From: Deltaproteobacteria bacterium
GTDB taxonomy: Bacteria; Myxococcota_A; Polyangia; Fen-1088
NCBI GenBank assembly: GCA_033763315.1
Contig: JANRKS010000002.1
Span: 64,001 to 128,000 of the forward strand
Length of the DNA: 64,000 nucleotides
Reading direction: 5' to 3'
Shown here one piece after another: positions 18,934 through 27,881 of the stretch; within the stretch, counting starts at the first letter, position 1, and the number at the start of each line of letters is the position of its first letter. A model generated the notes under the pieces. It was not told the origin of the DNA. It saw nothing but the letters and a program-made list of their open reading frames with translations, and ran no database searches. Both the position numbers and the translations under genes were made by a program.

Positions 18934-19147
18934 GTCCGCTCGTGAAGCGTCCACTCGCTGTTGTCCGCCGACGGCGGCGCTGGGCATTCACAGCGGCGCC
19001 GCCTTTGCGGCGGTGATCGGTCCCTTGGTTGAAGTGCCGGCCTTGATCGGGCTCGTGCATGTGGCTTTGTGGGCGGAGCGCCGGCTCTTCCACGCGACGT
19101 CTGCCGAAGCTTCGTCGTCCTTGTCCCACCCCATCACGCAGGAATAA
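18932..19147 (+). pseudogene. acr3: Remnant of the arsenite exporter Acr3 (last TM only) fused to a short CC-containing N-terminus
   Basis: [25 protein letters not shown] is the Acr3 C-terminal GPLVEVP motif. The ORF is only about 71 aa. Confidence 0.75.
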
Positions 19148-19150
19148 ACC

Positions 19151-19255
19151 ATGATCAGGCACGGTGAAAGCATCTTGTTTTTGTGCGTCGCCAACGCGCG
19201 CTTCCGTACGGCGCACGACACCATACGAGGCCTTCTGCAAACGTTGGAAAAGTAG
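19151..19255 (+). pseudogene. arsC: Internally deleted arsenate reductase (LMW-PTPase type)
   Basis: MIRHGESILFLCVAN|ARFRTAHDTIRGLLQTLEK*: the start of the P-loop is joined directly to the C-terminal helix. Confidence 0.7.
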
Positions 19256-19328
19256 CGCCGACGCAGGCGCTGCGCTGCTCCAGCGCCGCTTGACGCTGCC
19301 CGGGCTTGCGGCGTATGACGGCCGTGCC

Positions 19329-20474
19329 ATGAACGAAGACGCTCGAACGTCGCTGGCCGAATTGGCGCGGCTGTTTTTGCGTTTGGGCGCGACTGCGTTT
19401 GGCGGGCCCGCGGCGCATATCGCAATGATGCAGGATGAAGTGGTGAAGCGCCGCAGATGGCTCACGGATCAGCGCTTCTTAGATCTGCTCGGCGCCACAA
19501 ATCTTATCCCCGGGCCCAACTCCACCGAGATGGCAATCCATATCGGGTGGCAGCGGCGACGTTGGTCAGGGTTGTTGGTGGCAGGTGTTTGCTTCATCGT
19601 CCCGGCCATGCTGATCACCGCGGCGGCCGGCTGGGCTTATGTGCGCTTTGGCGCGCGCGTTGAAGCCCAAAGCGTGCTTTACGGCATTAAGCCCGTGGTC
19701 CTTGCTGTGGTGGTCCAAGCGATCTTGGGTTTGGCACCCAAGGCGGCAAAGACGACCACGTGCAAAGTCATTGGTTCGGCCGTTGCTGTGGCCGCGGCCT
19801 TCGGCACAAACGAACTTCTGCTGTTGATCGGGGCCGGGCTCGCGGCGCTGTTTGCGGCTCGCAAAAGCGCGCTGCTTCCAAACACTTTGTCGCCGGCTGT
19901 TCCGGCGCTTGTTCCAGCGGCCGCCGCCGCCGCAGGCGCACCTACGCTGCCGGGTTTGTTCTGGGTGTTCTTCAAAACGGGCTCTGTGCTTTACGGCAGC
20001 GGCTATGTGTTGCTGGCCTTCTTGCGGACGGCATTGGTAGAGCAACGACATTGGCTCACCGACGCACAACTCATTGATGCCGTGGCGGTGGGGCAAGTCA
20101 CGCCAGGCCCGGTGTTCACAACGGCCACCTTCATTGGTTACGTCTTAGGCGGGCCGCACGGCGCGTGGGTTGCCACGCTGGGGATCTTTGCACCTGCCTT
20201 CATCTTTGTGGCCGCAAGTGGTCCTTTGATCCCGCGGCTACGCGCTTCGTCCAGCGCTGGAGCGTTTCTTGATGGCGTAAACGTGGCGTCGCTCGCGCTC
20301 ATGGCTGTGGTCACGGTGCAGTTGGCGGCCGCCGCCCTGGTGGATCTGCCCACGTGCCTTCTTGCGGTGGCCAGCGCCGTGGCGCTTGTCCGTTGGCGGC
20401 TCAACTCTGTGTGGCTCGTGTTGGCGGGTGCGCTGGCCGGCTGGTTGCTTCACGCGGCGGGCTTCGCGCACTAA
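19329..20474 (+). CDS. chrA: Chromate efflux transporter (long-chain CHR)
   Basis: LGATAFGGPAAH, IPGPNSTE, YGSGYV, GQVTPGP. Start re-called at MNEDAR. Confidence 0.92.
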   Translation: MNEDARTSLAELARLFLRLGATAFGGPAAHIAMMQDEVVKRRRWLTDQRFLDLLGATNLIPGPNSTEMAIHIGWQRRRWSGLLVAGVCFIVPAMLITAAAGWAYVRFGARVEAQSVLYGIKPVVLAVVVQAILGLAPKAAKTTTCKVIGSAVAVAAAFGTNELLLLIGAGLAALFAARKSALLPNTLSPAVPALVPAAAAAAGAPTLPGLFWVFFKTGSVLYGSGYVLLAFLRTALVEQRHWLTDAQLIDAVAVGQVTPGPVFTTATFIGYVLGGPHGAWVATLGIFAPAFIFVAASGPLIPRLRASSSAGAFLDGVNVASLALMAVVTVQLAAAALVDLPTCLLAVASAVALVRWRLNSVWLVLAGALAGWLLHAAGFAH

Positions 20475-21415
20475 GCCTTTTTTCGGAACAATCGCCGCAC
20501 TCCCAGCACCAGGGGCACGATCACCGCGCCTGCAATGATGCCCAACGTTGCATTGAACAGCATAGGTGCCACCACGGCGAGCGCCGGACCTATGCCGGCG
20601 ATCGTCTTTACGTGCGCCGCCCACGCGTCGAAGGTGAGCGCGATAAGGGGCACGCCGTGGCTAAGAATGCCACCGCCCACCAAAAACATCGCAACAGTGC
20701 CGGCGAAGGAAAGCGTCTTCATTAGAAGCGGCGCCGTCTTGAGCAACAGCGTTCCAACTTTGCGCTGTACCAACGGCGCGGGCGCTCCGGCCCTCGGCCG
20801 CAGCAGATGCGTGCCCACATCGTCCATCTTCACGATGCCGGCCACCAAGCCATAAACGCCGACCGTCATCAATGCCGCAATACCGGCAAGCACCGCAACA
20901 CGGGTCACCAAAGGCTCGCCCGCCACTGTGCCCAGCGCGATGATGACGATCTCGGCCGACAAAATAAAATCAGTGCGGATGGCGCCCGCAATCTTTTCCT
21001 TTTCGACCGCCAAGACCTCGGCTTCGGAACTGGCTGCCGCCTTCGCCAGGGCCGCTTCGTGTGCCCCTTGTTCGTTCGGGTGCAGCCACTTGTGCACCAG
21101 TTTCTCTACGCCTTCGTAACAAAGGAACGCCCCGCCGAGCATCAACAACGGCGTGACGACCCAGGGGGCAAAAGCGCTGATCGCCAAGGCGCCGGGCACC
21201 AAGATGGCCTTGTTCCAAAGTGATCCTTTGGCAACCTTCCAGACCACCGGCAGCTCACGTTCGGGACGAACGCCCGCCACTTGTTGTGCGTTGAGCGCCA
21301 AATCGTCGCCCAACACACCGGCCGTTTGCTTGGCAGCCACCTTTGTGAGCGTGGCCACATCGTCAAGCACAGACGCAATGTCATCCAGAAGTGTAAATAA
21401 GCTCGCGCCAGGCAT
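20471..21415 (-). CDS. DUF808 (YedI-like) membrane protein
   Basis: LLDDIASVLDDVA, AGVLGDDLALNA, RELPVVWKVAKGS, IRTDFILSAEI. Confidence 0.9.
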   Translation of the reverse strand: MPGASLFTLLDDIASVLDDVATLTKVAAKQTAGVLGDDLALNAQQVAGVRPERELPVVWKVAKGSLWNKAILVPGALAISAFAPWVVTPLLMLGGAFLCYEGVEKLVHKWLHPNEQGAHEAALAKAAASSEAEVLAVEKEKIAGAIRTDFILSAEIVIIALGTVAGEPLVTRVAVLAGIAALMTVGVYGLVAGIVKMDDVGTHLLRPRAGAPAPLVQRKVGTLLLKTAPLLMKTLSFAGTVAMFLVGGGILSHGVPLIALTFDAWAAHVKTIAGIGPALAVVAPMLFNATLGIIAGAVIVPLVLGVRRLFRKKA

Positions 21416-21503
21416 TCGGTATGCGAGTTAGTGTTGCAAGCGGCGCGAGAAAAGCAAACATTAGCCGGCTCAGGCTGCTTTGTTACGAGATCAGGACGAA
21501 TCA

Positions 21504-22421
21504 ATGACGAAATCATGTTGGCGTGTGTTGTGGCTGTTAATGTCGATGCCCTGTGTTCTTTCGTGCGCGCGGGTTCAGGCGGCGCCGAAAGCCGCTGCGG
21601 CGAAGGTTTCCCGTAGTCCCAGCATCCGCCTCATCGTGCGAGGTGATGATCTGGGCGCGTTGCATGGCATCGACGCCGGCGCAGAGAAAGCATTCACCCA
21701 AGGCATCATGACCGTGGCACACGTGATCGTGCCTGGCCCCTGGTTCCCCGAGGCCGTGCGCCTGCTGAACGCTCACCCCGAAGTGGACGTTGGCATCCAC
21801 CTCGCGATCACGAGTGAATGGTCGAACGTGAAGTGGCGCCCCTTGACGCACGCGCCGAGCTTGGTTGACGACGACGGCTTCTTCCGCCCCTTCATTTGGC
21901 CCAACAAGAGCCTGCCTGGCGCCTCACACAAAGAAGCGGGCACGTGGAAGTTAGAAGAGATCGAAGCGGAGTTGCGTGCGCAAATTGAACTTATCAAGAA
22001 GCGCCTGCCGCGTGTGTCCAACGGCGGTTGTCACATGGGCTGCGATTCACTCGATCCCAAGGTGCGTGACCTGATCGTGCGCCTGCTGCGCGAGTATAAG
22101 CTCACGCCTGATCGCACAAACCTCAAGCATCTGCCAATCGAACACCCGAAGGATCGCGCAGGCAACACCTTGACTTGGCAAGAGCGCGAAGCCGCCTTGA
22201 TCAAGGCGTTGGAAACCGTGGGGCCCGGCGATTACGAAATCGGCGAACACCCCGCCACCGACGATCCTGAGATGCGTGCCATTTCGCATCCTGGCTACGA
22301 GAACGTGGCCGAAGACCGGGCGGCTGTGATGGCCGTTTGGACGAGCGCCAAGGTCAAAGAAGTGATCGCCCGCCGAGGCATCGCCTTGATCGGATTCCGT
22401 GATCTTCCCAAACAAAAGTAG
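21504..22421 (+). CDS. Exported YdjC/ChbG-family carbohydrate deacetylase
   Basis: Signal peptide, LIVRGDDLG, GIHLAITSEW, CHMG, EHP. Confidence 0.85.
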   Translation: MTKSCWRVLWLLMSMPCVLSCARVQAAPKAAAAKVSRSPSIRLIVRGDDLGALHGIDAGAEKAFTQGIMTVAHVIVPGPWFPEAVRLLNAHPEVDVGIHLAITSEWSNVKWRPLTHAPSLVDDDGFFRPFIWPNKSLPGASHKEAGTWKLEEIEAELRAQIELIKKRLPRVSNGGCHMGCDSLDPKVRDLIVRLLREYKLTPDRTNLKHLPIEHPKDRAGNTLTWQEREAALIKALETVGPGDYEIGEHPATDDPEMRAISHPGYENVAEDRAAVMAVWTSAKVKEVIARRGIALIGFRDLPKQK

Positions 22422-22433
22422 TTTGGCGCCTTC

Positions 22434-23846
22434 GTGAAGTCTGCCGCACAGCGAGCCCGGATTGAACGTGGCGACTGGCAAACGCCGCGCACGCTCGCAC
22501 GTGAGGTTATGGATGTGGTCGCAACCACATCGCCGCCACCCGCCAGCGTGCTTGAACCCACGTGCGGCGTGGGTGCGTTGTTGCACGCTGCCGCTGAGTT
22601 TTTTCCTCGCTCGCAGTTGTTCGGTTTTGATGTGGCCGAGGCGCACCTAGAGGCGGCGCGCGCGGCACTAACGCACACAGCCGCCACCTTCGTGTGTGCG
22701 GACTTTTTCAATGTTGACTGGGATGATGTGGTGGCGAAGTTGCCGCAGCCAATCTTGGTGCTGGGCAATCCACCATGGGTGACGAACGCGGCCGTCGGAG
22801 CCCTCAACGGCACCAACTTGCCAGCGAAGTCAAATTTCAAAGGGGATCGCGGCCTCGAGGCGCGCACGGGCCGAGGCAACTTCGACGTGTCCGAGTGGAT
22901 GCTGCTGCGGCTGCTGCGCGCGTTGCAGGGAACACACTTCACCCTGGCCATGTTGTGCAAGGCAGGGGTGGCGCGGCAGGTGTTGCTTCAATCCACGGGG
23001 ATGAAGGTCGCGGGTGCGCTTTATGAGATTGATGCGCGTGTGCACTTCGACGCCACCGTGGACGCTGTGCTGCTGGTTCTGCGATCAAAAGAGCGGGTGC
23101 AGACCGTTTGGCCGGTGTATCCGAGCTTGACCGCCGCCGCGCCCACGCGCACTTTGGGAATGCACGACAACGCGTTGGTCAACGACGTTATGTTGGCGAA
23201 GGAAACAGCATTTCTTGAGGGCCCTTCAGACCTCACGTGGCGTTCGGGGCTTAAACACGATTGCTCGGCGGTAATGGAATGGACACAAGCAACGGGCGGT
23301 TGGCAAAATGGCTTGGGTGAAGTGGTGCCCCTTTGGGACGAGGGCCACCTTTATCCCTTGTGCAAGGGCTCGCACGTGGCCGCAGGGCGCGGCCCCAACC
23401 ATCGCGTGCTCGTCACGCAAACGAAGTTAGGGCAAAACACGCGAGAGCTTGAACAAGCGGCGCCCCACACGTGGTCTTATCTGCAGCGGCATGCCTCAAG
23501 GTTTGCCGCGCGCAAAAGCCGCATCTATAACGGGCAACCACCGTTCGCGATGTTCGGCGTGGGTGATTACTGCTTTGCCAATTTTAAGGTGGCGATCTGT
23601 GGCCTTTACAAGCGATTGGCGTTCCACGTCGTGGGCCCTCACGACGGGCGTCCGGTGATGTTTGATGACACCTGCTATTTCTTGCCGTGCACTTCGCTAG
23701 AACAAGCGCAATCGCTGACGCAAGCGCTTAACGGCGATCTAGCGCAACGATTTTTGCGGGCGCGTCTGTTCGTCGACAGCAAACGCCCGGTGACCAAGGC
23801 TTTGTTGGCTCGGCTGTCGTTGCCCCGCCTCCTGTCACACTCTTAA
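22434..23846 (+). CDS. Amino (N6-A/N4-C) DNA methyltransferase, apparently orphan
   Basis: GDWQTP, VLEPTCGVG (motif I), GNPPW (motif IV), C-terminal TRD region. Confidence 0.8.
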   Translation: MKSAAQRARIERGDWQTPRTLAREVMDVVATTSPPPASVLEPTCGVGALLHAAAEFFPRSQLFGFDVAEAHLEAARAALTHTAATFVCADFFNVDWDDVVAKLPQPILVLGNPPWVTNAAVGALNGTNLPAKSNFKGDRGLEARTGRGNFDVSEWMLLRLLRALQGTHFTLAMLCKAGVARQVLLQSTGMKVAGALYEIDARVHFDATVDAVLLVLRSKERVQTVWPVYPSLTAAAPTRTLGMHDNALVNDVMLAKETAFLEGPSDLTWRSGLKHDCSAVMEWTQATGGWQNGLGEVVPLWDEGHLYPLCKGSHVAAGRGPNHRVLVTQTKLGQNTRELEQAAPHTWSYLQRHASRFAARKSRIYNGQPPFAMFGVGDYCFANFKVAICGLYKRLAFHVVGPHDGRPVMFDDTCYFLPCTSLEQAQSLTQALNGDLAQRFLRARLFVDSKRPVTKALLARLSLPRLLSHS

Positions 23847-25210
23847 GCCGAAAGCGCGCTGATCTCGCCCTTCGAATCGGCGAACGCCGTCACTTTCACA
23901 CCCATCCGGCCAAGCAGCGATAACCACAAGTCACTCATGGGCGTGCCGGGCGGCATCTTGATGTGCCGACCGGGTCCAAGTGTGTTGTTCCCGCGTCCGA
24001 ATACCAACGTTGGTAGGTTCCTGTGCTGGTGTTTGTTCCCGTCCGACAAGCCGCTGCCGTACACCAACATCAGCGAATCCAATAAACTGGCATCGCCTTC
24101 CCGCGTGGCTTTGAGCTTGGCCACAATCCGCGCCAGCTGGCCCACGTGAAACGCATCAATCTTCTCAAGCATTGCAATCTTGTGCGGCTTATTTGAGTGG
24201 TGCGAAAGATCGTGGTGTCCCTCGAAACACTCAAGCGACGGGAAGGTGCGGTTGCTGAGTTCACGGCTAAAGATGAAGGTGGCAATGCGCGTGCTATCGG
24301 TTTGCAAAGCCAACACCAACAGGTCGCTCATGATCTTCAGGTGTTCTTCATATGTCGCCGGAAACGCCGTGGGGCGGTGCGCGCCCTTAGGGATGCGAGG
24401 GGTGGGAATATGCGCGGCGTTTTGCAGCTGCAGTTCCACCGAACGCACGGACGTATAATATTCGTCCAACTTCTGTTGGTCGGCCTTGCCTACCCCGCCG
24501 CTCAGCTTCTTCGCGTCTTTCGCCACGAAATCCAGCACACTTCGACGCTCCTGTATCCTGGCCGCTTGTGCCGCCTTTGCCCTCGAATCGTGTGCACCGG
24601 TTGGCCCAAAAATGCGTTCGAACACAAGCCGCGGATCCACCTCCGGTGGCAGTGGGCTGGTGGGGGACCGCCAAGACAATGTGTTTTGATAGGCGCAGCT
24701 ATAGCCGCTGTCACACGCGCCCGCCTGTTGCCCGCGATCGCAGATAAGCTCAAGCGAGGGCAAGCGGGTCAGGTGCCCCAGCTCCGCGGCCGCGAGCTGA
24801 TCCACCGACACACCCAAGGAAACGTCGGCTGCGGTCTTCTTAGGGTGTGCACCGGTTAGATAGCTTGCGCAGGCGCGCGCGTGATCGCCAGGCCCATCGC
24901 CCAGCGCTTCGCCATTGGCGTGGTCGAGCCCCGAGATCACAAGAAAGTCATCGCGAAACGGCGCCAGGCCAGCCAAGGTGGGCGATAGCGTATAGCCTTT
25001 GCCTTCGTTCTCGGGCAGCCACTTGTTCATGATCATCCCGTTGGGCGTGTACATGAACACCAAACGTTTCGGCGCAAGGTGGGCCGGCGAGGCGGCGCTG
25101 GCTCGATTGCCTATGGCTGACATGGCCTCAAGCCAAGGCAGCAGTAGTGTGGCTCCCAGCCCGCGCAACGTCGCACGCCGTCCCAGGGTTTTGTTTTTCA
25201 ACACGATCAT
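23843..25210 (-). CDS. DUF1552-family protein
   Basis: GRRATLRGLG, RLVFMYTPNG, GPGDHAR, CDSGYSCAY, HHDLSHH. Start 25210 in an ATGA overlap. Confidence 0.9.
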   Translation of the reverse strand: MIVLKNKTLGRRATLRGLGATLLLPWLEAMSAIGNRASAASPAHLAPKRLVFMYTPNGMIMNKWLPENEGKGYTLSPTLAGLAPFRDDFLVISGLDHANGEALGDGPGDHARACASYLTGAHPKKTAADVSLGVSVDQLAAAELGHLTRLPSLELICDRGQQAGACDSGYSCAYQNTLSWRSPTSPLPPEVDPRLVFERIFGPTGAHDSRAKAAQAARIQERRSVLDFVAKDAKKLSGGVGKADQQKLDEYYTSVRSVELQLQNAAHIPTPRIPKGAHRPTAFPATYEEHLKIMSDLLVLALQTDSTRIATFIFSRELSNRTFPSLECFEGHHDLSHHSNKPHKIAMLEKIDAFHVGQLARIVAKLKATREGDASLLDSLMLVYGSGLSDGNKHQHRNLPTLVFGRGNNTLGPGRHIKMPPGTPMSDLWLSLLGRMGVKVTAFADSKGEISALSA

Positions 25211-27753
25211 GGTTGTGTTTCCGAGGCTGTTAAGGGCGGGGTGTTCGCGGGAATGCGGAATTGGCGGGCCGGCTCTTCGTCGCCGCGCGTGTATAAAAAC
25301 AGTGGGCTTTGCACCACCGCCAAGATGAAGTCGCGGAAGCGATAGCCCTTGGCCTGCGTGGACTGCATGATGGATTCCACCACGCACTTGTCCGCAGGGG
25401 CCAGGCCGCGCGCCAACGCATACGTCAACAACCGTGTGGTGAACGCTTTGACGAAGGCTTCGCGTTTGCTTTCAGACAAGATTTGCAGCAGTTCGGCAGA
25501 ATCCTTGAACTTCTTGCCGCTAAATTCCCCGCTGGCGTCCACGGGCTCGCCTTTGTCCCTCGTGCGGTATTCCCCGATGCCGTCGAAGTTCTCAAGCCCA
25601 AACCCAATGGGATCCATCCGCGCGTGGCACGTGGCGCATGCAGGGTTTTTGCGATGTTCCTCCAGCAGGTGGCGCACGCTGCCTTTGACGTCGCGGCCCT
25701 CCGGCAGCTCGGGCACGTCTGGCGGTGGTGGTGGTTGTGGCGCGTTCAGCAAGGTTTCAAGCACCCACTTGCCTCGTTTCACAGGTGACGTACGTGTGGT
25801 GCTTGAGGTGATGGTTAAGATGCTCGCGTGGGTCAGCACCCCACGCCGAGGCGTGCCGGCCAAGCTCACTTTGCGAAATTCAGGACCACTGACATCGGCG
25901 AGTCCATAGTGTTTGGCCAGGAGCTCGTTGGCGAACGTATAGTTGGCGCTGAGAAAATCCAACACTGATTCATTGTTCTGCAGCACGTGCGCGAAGAAGC
26001 GCACCGTTTCTTCCTTCATGGCTTCACGCAGAGGCTCGTCGAACTTCCTGTAAATGAAGAAGGCCGGCGCCGCGTCGTCGATGTTGCGGAACTGCAGCCA
26101 CTGGCCGCCGAAGTTCATCACTAAACGCTTCGCCTTGGGATCGTCAACCATGCGATTGACCTGGGCCCTCAAGTTCTGGCGCAGCCGACCTGCGTCTGCG
26201 TCCGCGCGCAAATTCTCATCGGGGGGACCGCTCCACAAAAAGTAAGACAGGCGTGCCGCTAACGCATGATCGTCAAGCGGCATCACCTGCCCCGACGCGG
26301 GTTGCGATGGGGCTCGATCAAAGCGAAACAAAAACGGCGCCGACACAAGCGTGGCTTGCAGCGCGCGGCGCACGCCGTCCTCGAAGGTGGCTCCAGCATC
26401 CCAGGCCGCTTGCGCCAAACGCAGCAGCGGTGGCACTTCATCATCTTTCAGCGGGCGGCGGTACGCTTGTGAAGCGAACCGCGCAATGATGGCCGTGGCG
26501 GCGGCAATGCGGTCGCCTTTTGTGGGCTGCGTGAAGAACACACGCTCGTAGCCGGGGCCTCGGTCGCGCGGCGGCGTCAACGGCCCCTGCAGCTCCAACG
26601 TATGCACGGCCATCTCCATGCGAAATGAAGGCGGCAACGCGAGGCCGGGCGGCACTGTTTCACCTTGTGACGCCAACGCCAACGCCGGCGCATCGCGCTT
26701 GGCTGCGACGCTGATGTGATGCTTGCCGGCGGGAACGGTGAGCACAGCCTCAAACCAACCTTTGCGTTGCTTGCCAAATCGCACGCGTTCTTGGGTCTTG
26801 TCGTCCACCACAAAGCTCACCACGGGATGCTTTACCGTGATGCTTAACGCATTCTTCGCGTCGGGCGGTGGCTTTGAAGGCGCGCCAGGAATCGGCGGCC
26901 GCGTCCAGTTCTCTGCGAAGACGCGCAACCGATACTTCGTCTCGAAAGGTGTTTGCACATCAACGCCCAGTTCATCTTCTTGATCGCTGTTCAGGATCAT
27001 CCAGCCGTCGCCGCGTGGACGCGTGCCGTGCCCAGCCTCGGCGAGATCACCCGGAATGATTTGTTTGCGCGGTTTGATTGTGGTCGGATCGTAAAACGCC
27101 GCGTTGAGGGCTGTATCAGCCGCGTCCATATAGCGTTCCACCAACAGTGGCGATGAGGTCAATGCGTTGGCTATGTTGTCGAATCCGTAACCGCTGGTGT
27201 CGGCAGGCAGCAACGCCTGGAGTGGCAGGTCGATGCCCAAAAGATCGTGTACCGAGTTTTCGTACTCCTGGCGGTTGAGCCGGTGCGCTGTGGTACGGCC
27301 GGGATCGATGGCGGTGCAATCAAAGCGGAGCACTTTCGCGTCGATCCAGTGGGTCAGCAGATCGCGCTCTTGCAGCGTGGGTTGAGATTCGTCGTCGGGA
27401 GGCATGGCGAAGGCCTCGACTTGATCCACGACGGTCTGCCAGCGGTTGTGATCCGGGTTGGGGGCTGCCAACAATTCCTCCAATGAAAGCCCGCCACGCG
27501 ACTTGCCTTGCCCGTGGCAGGTCAGACAATACTTTTGCAGCACTTGGTGGGCCGCAGGGGCAACGTGGTTGGGTGCAGCCTGCGAAACCACGTGAACAGG
27601 TGCGGTGGTGCTCGCATGCAGGCGCGGGCCGCACGCCTTTGATGCCATCGCCGCGATGAAGCAAAGCGCGCAACGTTTGAGATGTGGCAGAAATGTCCTC
27701 AATTCGCTGAACCGTCGGACAGGAGACTGCCGTGATAGCGCCTTGACAGCCAA
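25207..27753 (-). CDS. DUF1592/1587/1588/1585/1595-type protein with an N-terminal cytochrome c domain
   Basis: CLTCH and CATCH, HRLNRQEY, GFDN, RLSYFLWSGPPD, TSPVKRG. Confidence 0.9.
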   Translation of the reverse strand: MAVKALSRQSPVRRFSELRTFLPHLKRCALCFIAAMASKACGPRLHASTTAPVHVVSQAAPNHVAPAAHQVLQKYCLTCHGQGKSRGGLSLEELLAAPNPDHNRWQTVVDQVEAFAMPPDDESQPTLQERDLLTHWIDAKVLRFDCTAIDPGRTTAHRLNRQEYENSVHDLLGIDLPLQALLPADTSGYGFDNIANALTSSPLLVERYMDAADTALNAAFYDPTTIKPRKQIIPGDLAEAGHGTRPRGDGWMILNSDQEDELGVDVQTPFETKYRLRVFAENWTRPPIPGAPSKPPPDAKNALSITVKHPVVSFVVDDKTQERVRFGKQRKGWFEAVLTVPAGKHHISVAAKRDAPALALASQGETVPPGLALPPSFRMEMAVHTLELQGPLTPPRDRGPGYERVFFTQPTKGDRIAAATAIIARFASQAYRRPLKDDEVPPLLRLAQAAWDAGATFEDGVRRALQATLVSAPFLFRFDRAPSQPASGQVMPLDDHALAARLSYFLWSGPPDENLRADADAGRLRQNLRAQVNRMVDDPKAKRLVMNFGGQWLQFRNIDDAAPAFFIYRKFDEPLREAMKEETVRFFAHVLQNNESVLDFLSANYTFANELLAKHYGLADVSGPEFRKVSLAGTPRRGVLTHASILTITSSTTRTSPVKRGKWVLETLLNAPQPPPPPDVPELPEGRDVKGSVRHLLEEHRKNPACATCHARMDPIGFGLENFDGIGEYRTRDKGEPVDASGEFSGKKFKDSAELLQILSESKREAFVKAFTTRLLTYALARGLAPADKCVVESIMQSTQAKGYRFRDFILAVVQSPLFLYTRGDEEPARQFRIPANTPPLTASETQP

Positions 27754-27881
27754 CTGAAAGCGGTTGCGGGTGCAGCCGTTTGCGCCGCCGACGTAGGCGT
27801 CGTCACAGTCTGGTGGTACTCGCCGCTTATTTCACACGTTTGTGGTGAAGGGGGTGGGGGGACAGGCCATTACTAAGTGGC

